A stretch of DNA of 64,000 bases, taken from assembly GCF_006345805.1 (NCBI RefSeq), contig NC_042999.1, forward strand, positions 164,796,001 through 164,860,000, in the 5' to 3' direction. Both the position numbers and the translations under genes were made by a program. This document shows positions 36,804-48,802 of this stretch, piece after piece (the first letter of the stretch is position 1; every line of letters starts with the position of its first letter). The notes under the pieces are model-generated. The model ran no database searches. It had not been told where the DNA came from and saw only the letters and a list, made by a program, of their open reading frames with translations. Source of the stretch: Octopus sinensis (taxonomy: Eukaryota).

Positions 36804-38399
36804 CTAGCATTATGACTCGTCGTTGCCGGGTCATAGTGCTAGTGCATGTATATATATGTATATATATATGTGTACATATTGCATGTACATCTATATATAT
36901 ACATCTACACATAAAATACTAAATACAAAGTTATATCTTGATATCGCTAGTGATAACAATAATCAAAATATATAACAGACTGGAATTGTAGGCCCGTCTC
37001 TTGTAATTTCGATCAATTGTATCTTGTCCTCCCTCTTGTATAGAAGTGTGGCTACAATCCAGCCTACATCTACTTCTGGGGGGAGATTTTAAATTTTTAT
37101 CCGGGACGTTCTACGTCCCAGATATAGAAGTAAAAATAAAATATTTCCACTTTGCAAGGTTCGAGTCGAGTACTCCCTTGCACGCTCCGTTGACTCGAAC
37201 CTTGCTTCTATTGTGGCGAATTTACCGCCTCTGGTTAGATATCTTTCATAGTCGCACCAAGACACTTTTTGATGGTGCTTTCCTTCAGGTGTTCAAATCT
37301 TTTTTTTCTACATTGTATACTTTATAGACAATAGTCTTTTCTTTAATTTAATTTTTTATTTCGTTTGGTGGTGTTATCCTAGATTCACCGTCTTTGTCGG
37401 TGATCAATCCGAAATAGGTTTGTATTTCTTCCATTTTAATTTTAATGAGTTCGCGCCGACGGCTGCAGCGAAATTCATTTTTGGACTTTCTTCTATCGAA
37501 GGCATTCTAACAAAAATGCTTCCGTGTAAACGGTGAAAATATTGTCAATTTCCCCAAACAGGGACACAATTCAATTTTTAAACAATAACCAAAGCTCCTT
37601 CTCCCAAAGGGGGAGGGTTACAGTTTACAATTATTTAACAAATGCAACACAACAACGTTTCCCTTACGAGGAACCAACAAACGTAATAACAATAGTTAAA
37701 CAGTAATAATAATAACAACAAACCTTACGGTGAATCAAAAAGCAGTACGCAGTTGAAGCTATAGTCCTTTATGTATAAGAAATAAACCAACAGCAGTACT
37801 CAGTAGAAGCGGCTGTTCGAGAAAACAGACATTACATACAGCCAAACTTCATATAGATACTTAATGCTAGCTAATTAGCAGATAATCTAATGTAAAAGCC
37901 GTGGTAAAGGGTATGTGCACACCACCATCTGGACTATTCCATTTCTGCACGCTAATTTTATTTTTAATTTATTCCCATTCATGTGAAACCATTTATTTAA
38001 GTTCAAGTCATTGATGCAATTTTATACCAATTGCTATTTTTACTTTTAATTGTTATGTTACGATTTAATTTAGTTTGATTTTAATTATTACTTACTACAT
38101 ATAATTCAATTTTTATTATTATCTCTAATTTTTATTGTTAAAGTGAAAGTATCTGACATAAAATAGAGAAATGTTTTTGTTTCACTTTTAACACGTAATA
38201 CTGAAATAGTGGAGAAGATATGATATTGCTATGGGCTCGCGCTAGGCAAGAAGTTGAACATTTTTTTTTGCCCATGAAGCTACATGGACCCTAAGTAAGG
38301 CATGTGTAAAATTTGAATGAAATTGGTTGTGTAGTTCTCAAGTTTTAGGGAAACACACAGACAGACAGACACACATTCTCAGTTTTATAGAGAGAGAGA
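36804..38399 (-). mobile_element. Non-autonomous Helitron containing about 1 kb of foreign internal sequence
   Basis: Palindromic CTAG 3' end at 36804 (same type as 12153) and a TC 5' end ..ctataaaactgagaatgtgtg at 38399. The internal part (about 36975-37930) is CpG-rich and looks like a LINE ORF1 remnant (low certainty). Confidence 0.65.
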
Positions 38400-38400
38400 T

Positions 38401-38585
38401 AAGGCGGCGAGCTGGCAGAAACGTTAGCACACCGGGCGAAATGCTTATTTCGTTTGTTTTTACGTTCTGAGTTCAAATTCCGCTGAGGTCGACTCTGCCT
38501 TTCGTCCTTTCGGGGTTGATAAATTAAGTACCAGTTGCGTACTGGGGTTGATCTAATCGGCTGGCCCTCCCCCCAAATTTCGGTA
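38401..38585 (+). mobile_element. SINE B
   Basis: Near-consensus head aggcggcgagctggcagaaacgttagc. Confidence 0.9.
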
Positions 38586-38596
38586 GAAAAGATTTA

Positions 38597-38890
38597 TTGT
38601 ATTATTCATCAAGAGGCACTATATGCCAAATCTTTAGAATTAAAGAATGTTATGGACATGTTTGTGAAGACAGCGAATCTAAATGATTAAATCATTCCCA
38701 GATTTATCGGTATTTGTTGGATACAAATGAAGAGTGTCGGGATCTGACTAATAGCAGCAATGTACGTTGGCTAAGTCGAAGGTCCTTAAAAGAAAAAAAA
38801 TGGATACTTCATATCTTCAGGATCCCGATAAGGTTGCAAACTTTGCATTTATTGTAGACATTACGTCTGTTTTAAATAACTTGAAATTTG
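38597..38890 (+). mobile_element. hAT (GTF2IRD2/SPIN-like) transposase remnant
   Basis: CIIHQEALYAKSLELKNVMDMFVKTAN..VRWLSR matches the hAT CxxH and RW motifs. Confidence 0.85.
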
Positions 38891-40324
38891 CAAAAAGGTT
38901 GCCAGTTGTCTTGACGTAGAGCACATATCACTGGTTCGTTGTAACAGATGTTAATAAAACTCAACATGCAATAATCAGTCAACCACGGTAGTGGTTGAAT
39001 ATATATTCTTAAGTCCATCATTTTGTCAATCGTAGCAGCTTCCAAACTTCACCACTAATTCAGTTCTCAACTAAATTTCAAACTGTTGACGGTTTTAAAG
39101 AGGACACCGCCTCAGCTACACTTTGGCAAAAATAGTTTGAAATTTGGTTCAGTAGAAGAAAAGTTACATCAAAATATCTGCGACCCCAAGGGGGGCAGTA
39201 AGGCACATATTCACCTTCAATTAACATAAACCTTTCAATTTTAGATTAAAAGTATACTTTTCTTAGGCTTAAATGATAGAAATATGCATGAGGAATTCAG
39301 AATCACTAGTCGCATTGAATAAAATTTAGTACAAAAACAGTTATGAGGTAAAATGTTACGAAATTTCCTGTTAGTAAGTAAGGGAGTAACGTTTCAGCTA
39401 TAAGAATAAAGAATATATTTCTAAAAATCAATGCTTACTTGGAAAGGTGGCGACCTGGCACAAACGTTAAGGCACCGGGTAAAATACTTAATCGTGTTTA
39501 CGCTTTTAAGTTCAAATTTCGCCGAGGCCGACTTTGACGTACAGATTATTTCATTGGTTATTTTTTAACAACACTTTTATACTTCCGATGCTGGTAGAAT
39601 GTGTCACAGAGAACAGGGTTTACTCTTAGTGTTTTGGACAAAATTTTGTATTTTAGAAGTTATTTCGTCAGAAGTTACAGAGTGACAATGGACAAATTCG
39701 TGTTTGGCAAGTGTCAATACACGAAACTCTCAGCTTTTGACTTACTCTCTAACTTCTGCCGATGATATATTTACATATTACATATATTTGTAAAAAAAAT
39801 CTCATTACACAATCGAACCAATGAAAGAGGCTCTATCTGGTCGCTCGACAGGCGAAAAATAGCAGCCAAAGTATCCCCCTATTAGACAAGGGGATACTTT
39901 GGCTGCCCTGGAAATTAAAAATGATTTTTGGGGGTTTATAAAATGGTTTTAATTTATGAAAAACCAAATATTTACATAAAATTGAAGGTCCAATAATTGT
40001 AATTTTTATTGCAAAATCAGGTTACTTAAGGTGAGCCTGGTAACTGATGGTTTTGGGGTGTTGTTTGTTTGTACCTTTTGGTGAGCCATTGTGCAACCAA
40101 CAACATGGTAAAAATCCCTGCCATTAATTTGGTGTGGATAGGTAATGTCAAATGATTCAATCACAACATATATTTAATTAAACATGAAAAACATTGAAAT
40201 ATTATCATCACTTACATGGAAAAATTGAAATATCATCTTTCAGTATTTTATAAGGTTAAATCTTAAATTATTAATTGAAACATTATTAATTATCTTATAA
40301 AAGCAATGCCTGGAAAAATCATGG

Positions 40325-40820
40325 ATTACATGGAATAATGCAAGCAGGAAAAGTCATATTCTTAAGATAATAAACCTGGAAAAGCACAGGACAAGTTCTT
40401 ACACCTCTAAAAGTATAGGACAAACTATTACTTCAAGTAAAGAATAAGAAACTTTTTACTTAAAATTTTGCAGCTAAAATTAAATTTATTTTATTATTTT
40501 TTACAAATAACATTATACTTATTTAATTAGAATTTGGCTAATTTACTACCTTAAATACAGAAAAAAGTGACTAATTAGACAAACTTACAAATTAGCTGAA
40601 CAGTTTTGTATAATAAATTTAAAAGATGAAAACTGTAAAGAGCGATAAATTAGAAGAACTGACATTCGTTGCTGCAATATTTCAAGTAAAATGTTTCTTA
40701 TTCTTTACTTGAAGTAATAATTTGTCCTATACTTTTACAGGTGTAAGAACTTGTCCTGTACTTTTCCAGGTTTATAATCTTAAGAATATTACTTTTCATG
40801 CTCGCATTTTTCCATGTAAT
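40325..40820. repeat. Foldback element with about 150-bp inverted arms (40325-40474 / 40671-40820)
   Basis: The arms are clearly reverse-complementary (ggacaagttcttacacct / aggtgtaagaacttgtcc; ttacttcaagtaaagaataagaaac / gtttcttattctttacttgaagtaa). Confidence 0.85.
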
Positions 40821-41207
40821 TTGACTATTGAGCACTTTTCTTTGTAAACACACACGCTCGTCAGTACACACTCACACATGCACATCGACAATACACAGTA
40901 ACAGTAATAGCTAAATCTTCTTTAAATCACACCCGCCCAAAAATCTTAAAAGTGAAGGACATATAAAATAATGTAATTTTAGATTATAGTACAACTTTAA
41001 AATAATTGTGAGAGGGAGAAAAGAATGCTCAGGGCTTGAACTCCTTTTCATACGTCTTCTACAACAAAAGATGATCTGGGATTAAACAGCCAACCACGTC
41101 TATAACACATTACCACTACAACTATTACCGCATCGTACAACAACAATAACGCCGACGGCGATGATGATGATGATAATGACGACGACTACTACAACAGCAA
41201 CTCTCTC

Positions 41208-41606
41208 TTCTACTCTTTTACTTGTTTCAGTCATTTGACTGCGGCCATGCTGGAGCACCGCCTTTAGTCGAGCAACTAGACCCAAGGACTTATTCTTTGT
41301 AAGCCCAGTACTTATTCTATCGGTCTCTTTTGCCGAACCGCTAAGTGACAGGGACATAAACATGCCAGAATCGGTTGTCAAGCAATGCTAGGGGGACAAA
41401 CACAAACACACACACACACATATATATATATACACATATATACGACAGGCTTCTTTCAGTTTCCGTCTACCAAATCCACTCACAAGGCATTGGTCGGCCC
41501 GGGGCTATAGCAGAAGACACTTGCCCAAGATGCCACGCAGTGGGACTGAACCCGGAACCATGTGGTTGGTTAGCAAGCTACTTACCACACAGCCACTCCT
41601 TCGCCT
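41208..41606 (-). mobile_element. Full-length SINE A
   Basis: Near-identical to 53944-54348. Confidence 0.92.
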
Positions 41607-41839
41607 ACAAAGAATTTTGATAGATGCCTGAGGTTAATGGTTGATGTTTAAATTTGTATTGTTGTATGATTTGAGATGAAAGAAGCAACTACTTCCCAGT
41701 TGGTTGTAATGGTAAGACGAGAGAAAATATTGGACTCGTTTGTTTGGCGGTGTAAGTAATACGTAGGGAAAAAAATGACCGAAAGGTCCCAGGTCAAGTT
41801 GAATATCGTTCTTGTTGTTGCCGGCGTTTAACTCTAGAT

Positions 41840-42132
41840 CAGTGGTTCCCAAAGTGTGTGGTACTGTCCCCACTCCTTGCCCTGGGGGCGGTGGAAAGAT
41901 CCAGGAAGGCGTCGAAGAAAAGTAGGGCGATAATAAGGAGGCAAAAAGGGAGCGATAGACCTAAAAACAACAAAACAACGGGTTAATTAGGTTATGTTTT
42001 ATTTGTGAAATACAGTTGTATCGAATCTGCTTCAGAAAGTGGTCTGTGTTTCAGGTGGTGAGTGGAAGTGGATGCTACGATTGTGGCCTGGGTGCCAAGG
42101 GGGTGACAGCCACAAAAGTTTGGGAACCCATT
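41840..42132. mobile_element. hAT MITE
   Basis: TIR cagtggttcccaaa / tttgggaacccatt; 8-bp TSD ctctagat / ctctagag, the Charlie-type NTCTAGAN target. Confidence 0.85.
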
Positions 42133-42287
42133 CTCTAGAGGATTCTTGATCGAAAAGACGAGTAACTGAAATCGTTCAAGACGCAATCATCCTATTTTTC
42201 CAGTTCATATTTAAGAAATGAGGAATTATGTATATTATTTACATTATTTACATTTGACAGATATTTGTCCTCATCTTGTTTGTTGTT

Positions 42288-42333
42288 AACACAACGTTTC
42301 GGCTGATATACCCTCCAGCCTTCATCAGGTGTC
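42288..42333 (-). ncRNA. Minimal type I hammerhead ribozyme motif (core intact)
   Basis: GACAC CUGAUGA A GGCUG-GAGGGUAUAU-CAGCC GAAAC GUU GUGUU: stem I, catalytic core, 5-bp stem II, palindromic AACGUU in place of helix III, and a GUU triplet. Confidence 0.78.
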
Positions 42334-42415
42334 TTGAGGAAATTTCGAACTTGGGTTCTCATTCCTAAGGTATTTTTCGATGTTGTTGTTGTTGTTGTTG
42401 TTGTTATTATTATTA

Positions 42416-42466
<51 letters not shown>

Positions 42467-42565
42467 TATCACTGCCTCGAATCGAACTCGGAATCTTGGG
42501 TGTAGTGGTTAAGAACGCGGGCTACTAAGCGCAAGATTCCGAGTTCGATTCCAGGCAGTGACCTG

Positions 42566-42598
<33 letters not shown>

Positions 42599-42790
42599 CT
42601 TTTCTACTCTAGGCACAAGGCCAGAAATTTTGGGGGAGGGGCCAGACGACCCAGTATACAACTGGTACTTAATTTATCGACCCCGAAGGGATGAAAGGTA
42701 AAGTCGGCGGAATTTGAACTCAGAACGTAAAGACAGATGAAATACTGCTAAGCATTTCGCCCGGCGTGCTAACGTTTCTGCCAGCTCGCC

Positions 42791-42829
<39 letters not shown>

Positions 42830-42887
42830 TGGGCTTTGTATATTTTACCCCAGTGTCACTTTGATGGCATGAACTGCTCTCTCACTC

Positions 42888-42928
<41 letters not shown>

Positions 42929-42993
42929 TAATAATAATAATAACATCGAAAAATACCTTAGAAATGAGAACCCAGGTTCGAAATTTCCCCCAA

Positions 42994-43042
42994 GACACCT
43001 GATGAATGCTGGAGGAGGGTATATTAGCCGAAACGTTGTGTT
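42994..43042 (+). ncRNA. Minimal hammerhead motif, second copy (stem II mutated)
   Basis: GACAC CUGAUGA A UGCUG..UAGCC GAAAC GUU GUGUU. Confidence 0.65.
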
Positions 43043-44266
43043 AACAACAAACAAGATGAGGACAAATATCCATCAATTGTAAATGATGTAAATAATGTAA
43101 ATGATGTAAATAATGTAAATAATGTAAATAATGCATCCTATTTTTGTTTAAACTTTGACTTTTCTACTGCTTAGTCATAAAGACGAGGGCAGTACATATG
43201 TACGTCATTTTTATCTCCAGGACATCCGTGTTTGATGTGAAAAAGGAGAAAGTTATCTACTAACCGGAGATCCGGACCAAGCGCTTGCAACAGAACGAAC
43301 TCAGCTAAAGGCACCAGGGAGCAGGTGGGGGTGATAATAAACATTGTTAGTCTACGGCATACAAATTAGTTTTACCATCCATGATTTAGTCAAACCCATA
43401 AATACATTATTCTACTTTTGTTTAAGGGATTGCCACTTCCCATGCAATGAAAATACTCTTTCCAGCATCGAGCTTTGACTAAGCCGATGCACATTACAGT
43501 TATAAGCCAGGTTTCCACATTCTACTTTTGTATCCAACAAATATTGCTGAAAATAGCAATGATTAGTCCTGGAGATAGGCTTAGAAATGTATTATCCACA
43601 TATTCTCTCCCTTTCGATGACGGTAAGGTGCTCCAAATCCAAAGTATATAAGGAAAGTTGGATCTGGGGCACTTTAATCACGCAGGAGGGTTGCAATAAA
43701 AAATAGACAGACATATAACATAGATAGAATGTAGTAGCAGAGGGGTATCGAGAAGCCACGACCTGAAAGCTCCTTAGAGCATAAGGGGTTAAGAGTTGAA
43801 ACACTCCCGTGCAGAGTGGGGAGGGGGCTTCCTTTTTTCTCAGCTCTGCCTAGACTTTCTTACTACATTATTCTCACATCTTCCAAATCGTTCTTATCAC
43901 AACGGTAGGGGTTTTAGAATGTAGTTTGAACGGCCTCATTTTCGGCGACAAGATTGTAAAGAAAGGATATGTTAAAAAGTGGGTCTACTTTCTTTTTGTA
44001 AATCTTTGGAAAATGAGTAATTCTTAAAATGTTGAGATTTTGCAGACTTTTATTGTCCTAGATATGTATGGCGGTCAACCACAACGATATGCATTATGGA
44101 GTTATGTTCTTTCGCCAATAGTCCATGTTTAGCTGTATATACAAATATACATACGCAGACATATATACATAAACACACACACATATTATATAATGTATAT
44201 ATCCACCCACACGCACCCCACACACACACGTACACGCACACACTTTCATACACGCCGATACATACA

Positions 44267-44357
<91 letters not shown>

Positions 44358-44574
44358 CATACATACATAAATATATCTGTAAATGTAATATGTGACAATT
44401 ATTCGGTAGCCATGATAAAACTCCGAGTTTCGGATGCCGAGGTGGAAATCCACGCCGCCATCTCTTCAGTTTTATCATGGCTACCGAATAATTGTCACAT
44501 ATTACATTTACAGATAAATTCCTCTATTTACATAATATCGAATTCTCTTTCTTTTGTTGTCTTACCGTTTTTAT

Positions 44575-44643
<69 letters not shown>

Positions 44644-44644
<1 letters not shown>

Positions 44645-45156
44645 TAGCAGTATAACCCGGCCTTACCTGGGATTAAGTTACGATTATTAAGCTAATCAAG
44701 ATCTTTATTTCAAACCAAACTAAGTAATATAGACGTCAAATTTGGGCGAAATCCGTTTAAATTAGTTATATTATATATATATATTATATATAATATATAA
44801 TATAACTAATTTCAACGGATAACTTACTCTCTCTGTCTCTCCCTCTCTCACTTTGTCTTTCCTGTGAAACTCTCTGCCTCCTTCTTCCACTTTTCTATAT
44901 CTTATTTTTTTTTATTAGACGCCATCAAAAAAGCCAAGGCTGATATTTTTCGTGGCTAAACGCTATGTCTGAAAATAGATATTTATGCTACCCACGGGTG
45001 CCCCGAGGAAAAAAATAAGTCGACAAAACCCAGATAGGATGTTGACAAATGTCCTCCTAAAATTTGAGCGACATGCCTGCTAATTTGTGGACGTGCATAA
45101 ATTACAATCACGTACACACACACAGCACACACATCCTCCCTTTTATAGATATGAGA
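44644..45156 (-). mobile_element. Non-autonomous Helitron
   Basis: 3' hairpin and CTAG at 44644 (ctagcagtataacccggcc..ctggg) and 5' TC at 45156; inserted in (TA)n. Confidence 0.75.
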
Positions 45157-45166
45157 TATATATATA

Positions 45167-45548
45167 TCTCTCTATATAAACGGCAGTTTGTCTGTGCGTG
45201 TTTCTGTGTGTCTGTTTGCTTGTATCCTCACCCTGACCACGGCTTTCAACCGACTCTGATGAAACTTGACACACACATAGCCCAATGTCATAATTCAAAA
45301 CTAACGCAGCGAAAATTTTGAAAAGTTCCCCCAGTTCTGAAAAAAATCGATAAATTCGACATGGGGTCGAGAATCAGAAACACAAACCACAAACTGTCTA
45401 GGGGACGCAACTCCACCTTTTTTTAAATCTCAAAAAAAAATTTACCATCATTTTTTTCCATTTTTTTGCTATTTTTTGGCTATAACTCTAAAAATGCTTT
45501 ATAGTTATTTCCCTTACAAACCTGAGCAACGCCGGGCGATACTGCTAG
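45167..45548 (+). mobile_element. Non-autonomous Helitron
   Basis: 5' TCtctctatataaacggcag ... 3' ctgagcaacgccgggcgatactgCTAG|T. Confidence 0.88.
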
Positions 45549-45564
45549 TATATATATATATATA

Positions 45565-46110
45565 TAATCCAAACATGAACAGGCAAGAAAAAACAACAAT
45601 TCGAGGATGTGGAATAAGTACAGTATTATTGGACGCTCAGGAAAGGAAAGAAAAGAAAGAGGATTTCAGGTTTCGAGCGGAGCTCTTGATCAGAAATATA
45701 GAAAAAGTCCAAAGAAGGGAAGGCGGAGAAAGCGGCAACGATACACACGCGGTCACATATTGAAATGACAGGAACATACATACATACATACGTACATACA
45801 TACATACGTACATACATACATACGTACATATATACATACGTACGTACGTACGTACGTACAAACATACGCACGTGTATTATATGTATACACACACACACAT
45901 GTTTATGCATGTGACCGTGTGTGTACCGTTGGCGATTTTTTTCCTCCGTCTTCCCTTCTCTGGATCTTTCCTTCTCCTATGTTTCCGACGAAGAGCTCCG
46001 CTCAAAACGTTAAATCCTCCTTCTTTCCTGAGCGTCCAATAACACTACATTTGTTCCACGTCCTCGCGTTGTTGTGTTTTCTCTTTGTGTTTTCATGTTT
46101 GGATTAACTT
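45565..46110. mobile_element. Inverted pair of hammerhead-bearing repeat family 2 around an (ACAT/ACGT)n spacer
   Basis: 45565-45770 and 45905-46110 are reverse-complementary; degenerate hammerhead cores at about 45663-45697 (minus) and 45982-46014 (plus). Confidence 0.8.
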
Positions 46111-46176
<66 letters not shown>

Positions 46177-46562
46177 CATATGCGTGTGTGTGTGTGTGTG
46201 TTTGTGCGTGCGAGAGAACTATTTATGGGCGCTGGCGTGGCTGTGTGATAAGAAACTTGCTTCTCAACCATATAGTACGGATTTAGTCCCATTGAGTGGC
46301 ACTTTGGACAAGCGTCTTCTATAGCCTCAGGCCGACCAATGCCTTGTGAATGGACTTAGTAAGCAGACACTCAAAGAAGACCGTCGTATGTGTGCATGTG
46401 CGTATGCGTGTGTCTGTGTGCGCGTGTGTGTACACGCTCGCGTTGTGTTCTCAAGCAAAACACTTCATCTCATGTTGCTCTGCTGTCAATATGGCACCAG
46501 ACATGTGGTAAAACTGTGCACCTGTTCAGGCAACGCCGATTTCATGGAGGGATGAGCTAATG

Positions 46563-46781
46563 CAGTGCTTTTCAAACTTTTTGCTGGAGTGGAACCCCAA
46601 GGAAACATTCCACTGGCTCGAGGAACCCCTGTGCAATAATTTAATAGTCTTATGCACACATATCTGCGCAGGAGAATTAAAAATTACTGCCGATTTTAGC
46701 AGTTTTGTAACTTCTTGCGGAACCCCTGGACTGTACTGGCGGAACCCTAAGGTTCCACGGAACCCTGGTTGAAAACCATTG
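46563..46781. mobile_element. hAT MITE with perfect 8-bp TSD
   Basis: agctaatg|cagtgcttttcaaac ... gttgaaaaccattg|agctaatg. Confidence 0.9.
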
Positions 46782-47242
46782 AGCTAATGTATAGTACATG
46801 CATTTGATCACTAAAAATGATTCATTTGTGCAGCTTGATTGGCAAGAAATCGCAGAACCGTCTTTCTCGGACGCCCATGAGATAATATTCACTTTGAGTA
46901 GGACTTAATGCTTCGCCTAACGGTTATTTCATAAAGTACTAATCAAAACGAAGTTGGTCTCTGCTTTTAGTTTTGAGTCTCAACACCAATAAATGTTCTG
47001 TTATTATGCTTAAAATTATATTAAAATTGTAATTTTAACCAGCACTCAGACACACACACACACGTGTATCCTCTGTGTGTTGTTGTTGTATATGTACGTA
47101 TGTAAATATATGTGCATATACATACATATATATACATATACATACATATACAATTGAAAAATCTTTATAAGAATTTATCAAGTAGTTAGCGTGAAAAACC
47201 TCATAAGGGAAAAGTCCATCAATTATTCCTCTTAAATATATT

Positions 47243-47406
47243 TATTTATATTAAGAGCATTACAATACATAAATGCCTCACGCTATGAGGGACTCTTAAA
47301 GTCAAAACTACCATAATAAATAAACACATTTGTCATGGTAGTTTTGACTTTAAGAGTCCCTCCTAGCGTGAGGCATTTATGTATTGTAATGCTCTTAATA
47401 TAAATA
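47243..47406. repeat. Near-perfect hairpin: 72-bp arms (71/72 match), 20-nt loop
   Basis: 47243-47314 versus 47335-47406, compared base by base. Confidence 0.92.
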
Positions 47407-47956
47407 CATATACATATACATACATACATACATACATACATACATACATACATACATACATACACGTACACACACAGAGATACTCAGGGCCGGATACATC
47501 AAGCAGGTACACCAGTTGTATGTATGCAGATATGAATGATCTCAAGCATGCAGCGGTACTTTTAAGGAGCGCTCTGGAGGCATTTTCACTGTCACAAATA
47601 ACTCTTATCGGGTGATACTTCGGTGATATTATCTCACCCACCCTCACCCTCTCTCGAGACCCCTCCCTCCCCTTCTTTTCACAAACATACACCGAAATAA
47701 GTGCTTACACACACACACATTTATGAAGAGGGAGGGAGAAGTATATATATAAAACTATGTACGCGCTTACGTATGTATATATATGTTATGCGTGTACGTG
47801 CGTATATGTATATATATGATATATATACGTACATATATGTATGTGTATATATATATGTATATATGTATATATATATGTATATATATGTGTGTGTGTATAT
47901 ATACATGCATATATACAACGACGTGCATGTATAAATGTATATATATATATATATGA

Positions 47957-48036
<80 letters not shown>

Positions 48037-48326
48037 AATATATCTATCTATTAACCTATATCTATATGTTTGTGTGGGGGGTATGTATGGGTGTGCGTTT
48101 GTGCTTGTCTTCGCAACTACACCACTGCTTGAGAACGATGTTGGTTTGTTTACATCATGTAACTTAGCAGTCCGGCAAAAAGTGACCGATAGAATAACTA
48201 CCAAGCTTTAAAAAAAGTACCGACGTCGATGTGTTCGCCTAAAGCTCTTCCTCACGATACCAGAGCATGGTTGCAGTCTAATGAGTGAAGCAAAAGGCAA
48301 GACACACACACACACACACACACACA

Positions 48327-48384
<58 letters not shown>

Positions 48385-48619
48385 GATATAAGAATGAATA
48401 TAAGGTGGCGAGGCGGTAAAATGCTAAGTGATATTTCGTCTGTCTTTGCGCTCGGATTTCAAATTCCGCCGAGGTCGACTTTGCCTTTCATCCATTTGGC
48501 GTTGACAAAATAACAGTCATATACTGGTATATCGATGTAATCGACTAGCTCCCTCCCACCACATTTCAAGCCTCTCACTCCTTCCCTTCCCCTCTCTTTC
48601 TCACTCACTTTCTCTCTAT

Positions 48620-48620
48620 C

Positions 48621-48657
<37 letters not shown>

Positions 48658-48768
48658 ACATACATACATACATACATACATACATCCATCCATACATCCA
48701 TACATACATACATACGTACACACATACAAACATACATACATACATACATACAAACATACATACATCCA

Positions 48769-48802
<34 letters not shown>

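Larger units (their letters stand above)
42200..43133. mobile_element. Head-to-head dimer of a tRNA-headed, hammerhead-tailed short retroelement, with later SINE insertions at about 42600-42790 and 42830-42885
   Basis: Minus copy at 42200-42500 and plus copy at 42501-43133; 12-bp direct repeat catcctattttt at 42188-42199 and 43134-43145. Confidence 0.88.

Noticed and set aside
42501-42566. Possible tRNA-Ser gene
   Set aside because: No acceptor stem, truncated 5' end and followed by (AAT)n; it is a SINE head. The same applies to the other tRNA-like heads (19000, 19650, 20000 etc.).
43140-43900. Moderately GC-rich stretch with partial open frames
   Set aside because: Stops in all frames read; probably an old LINE fragment that I could not classify.
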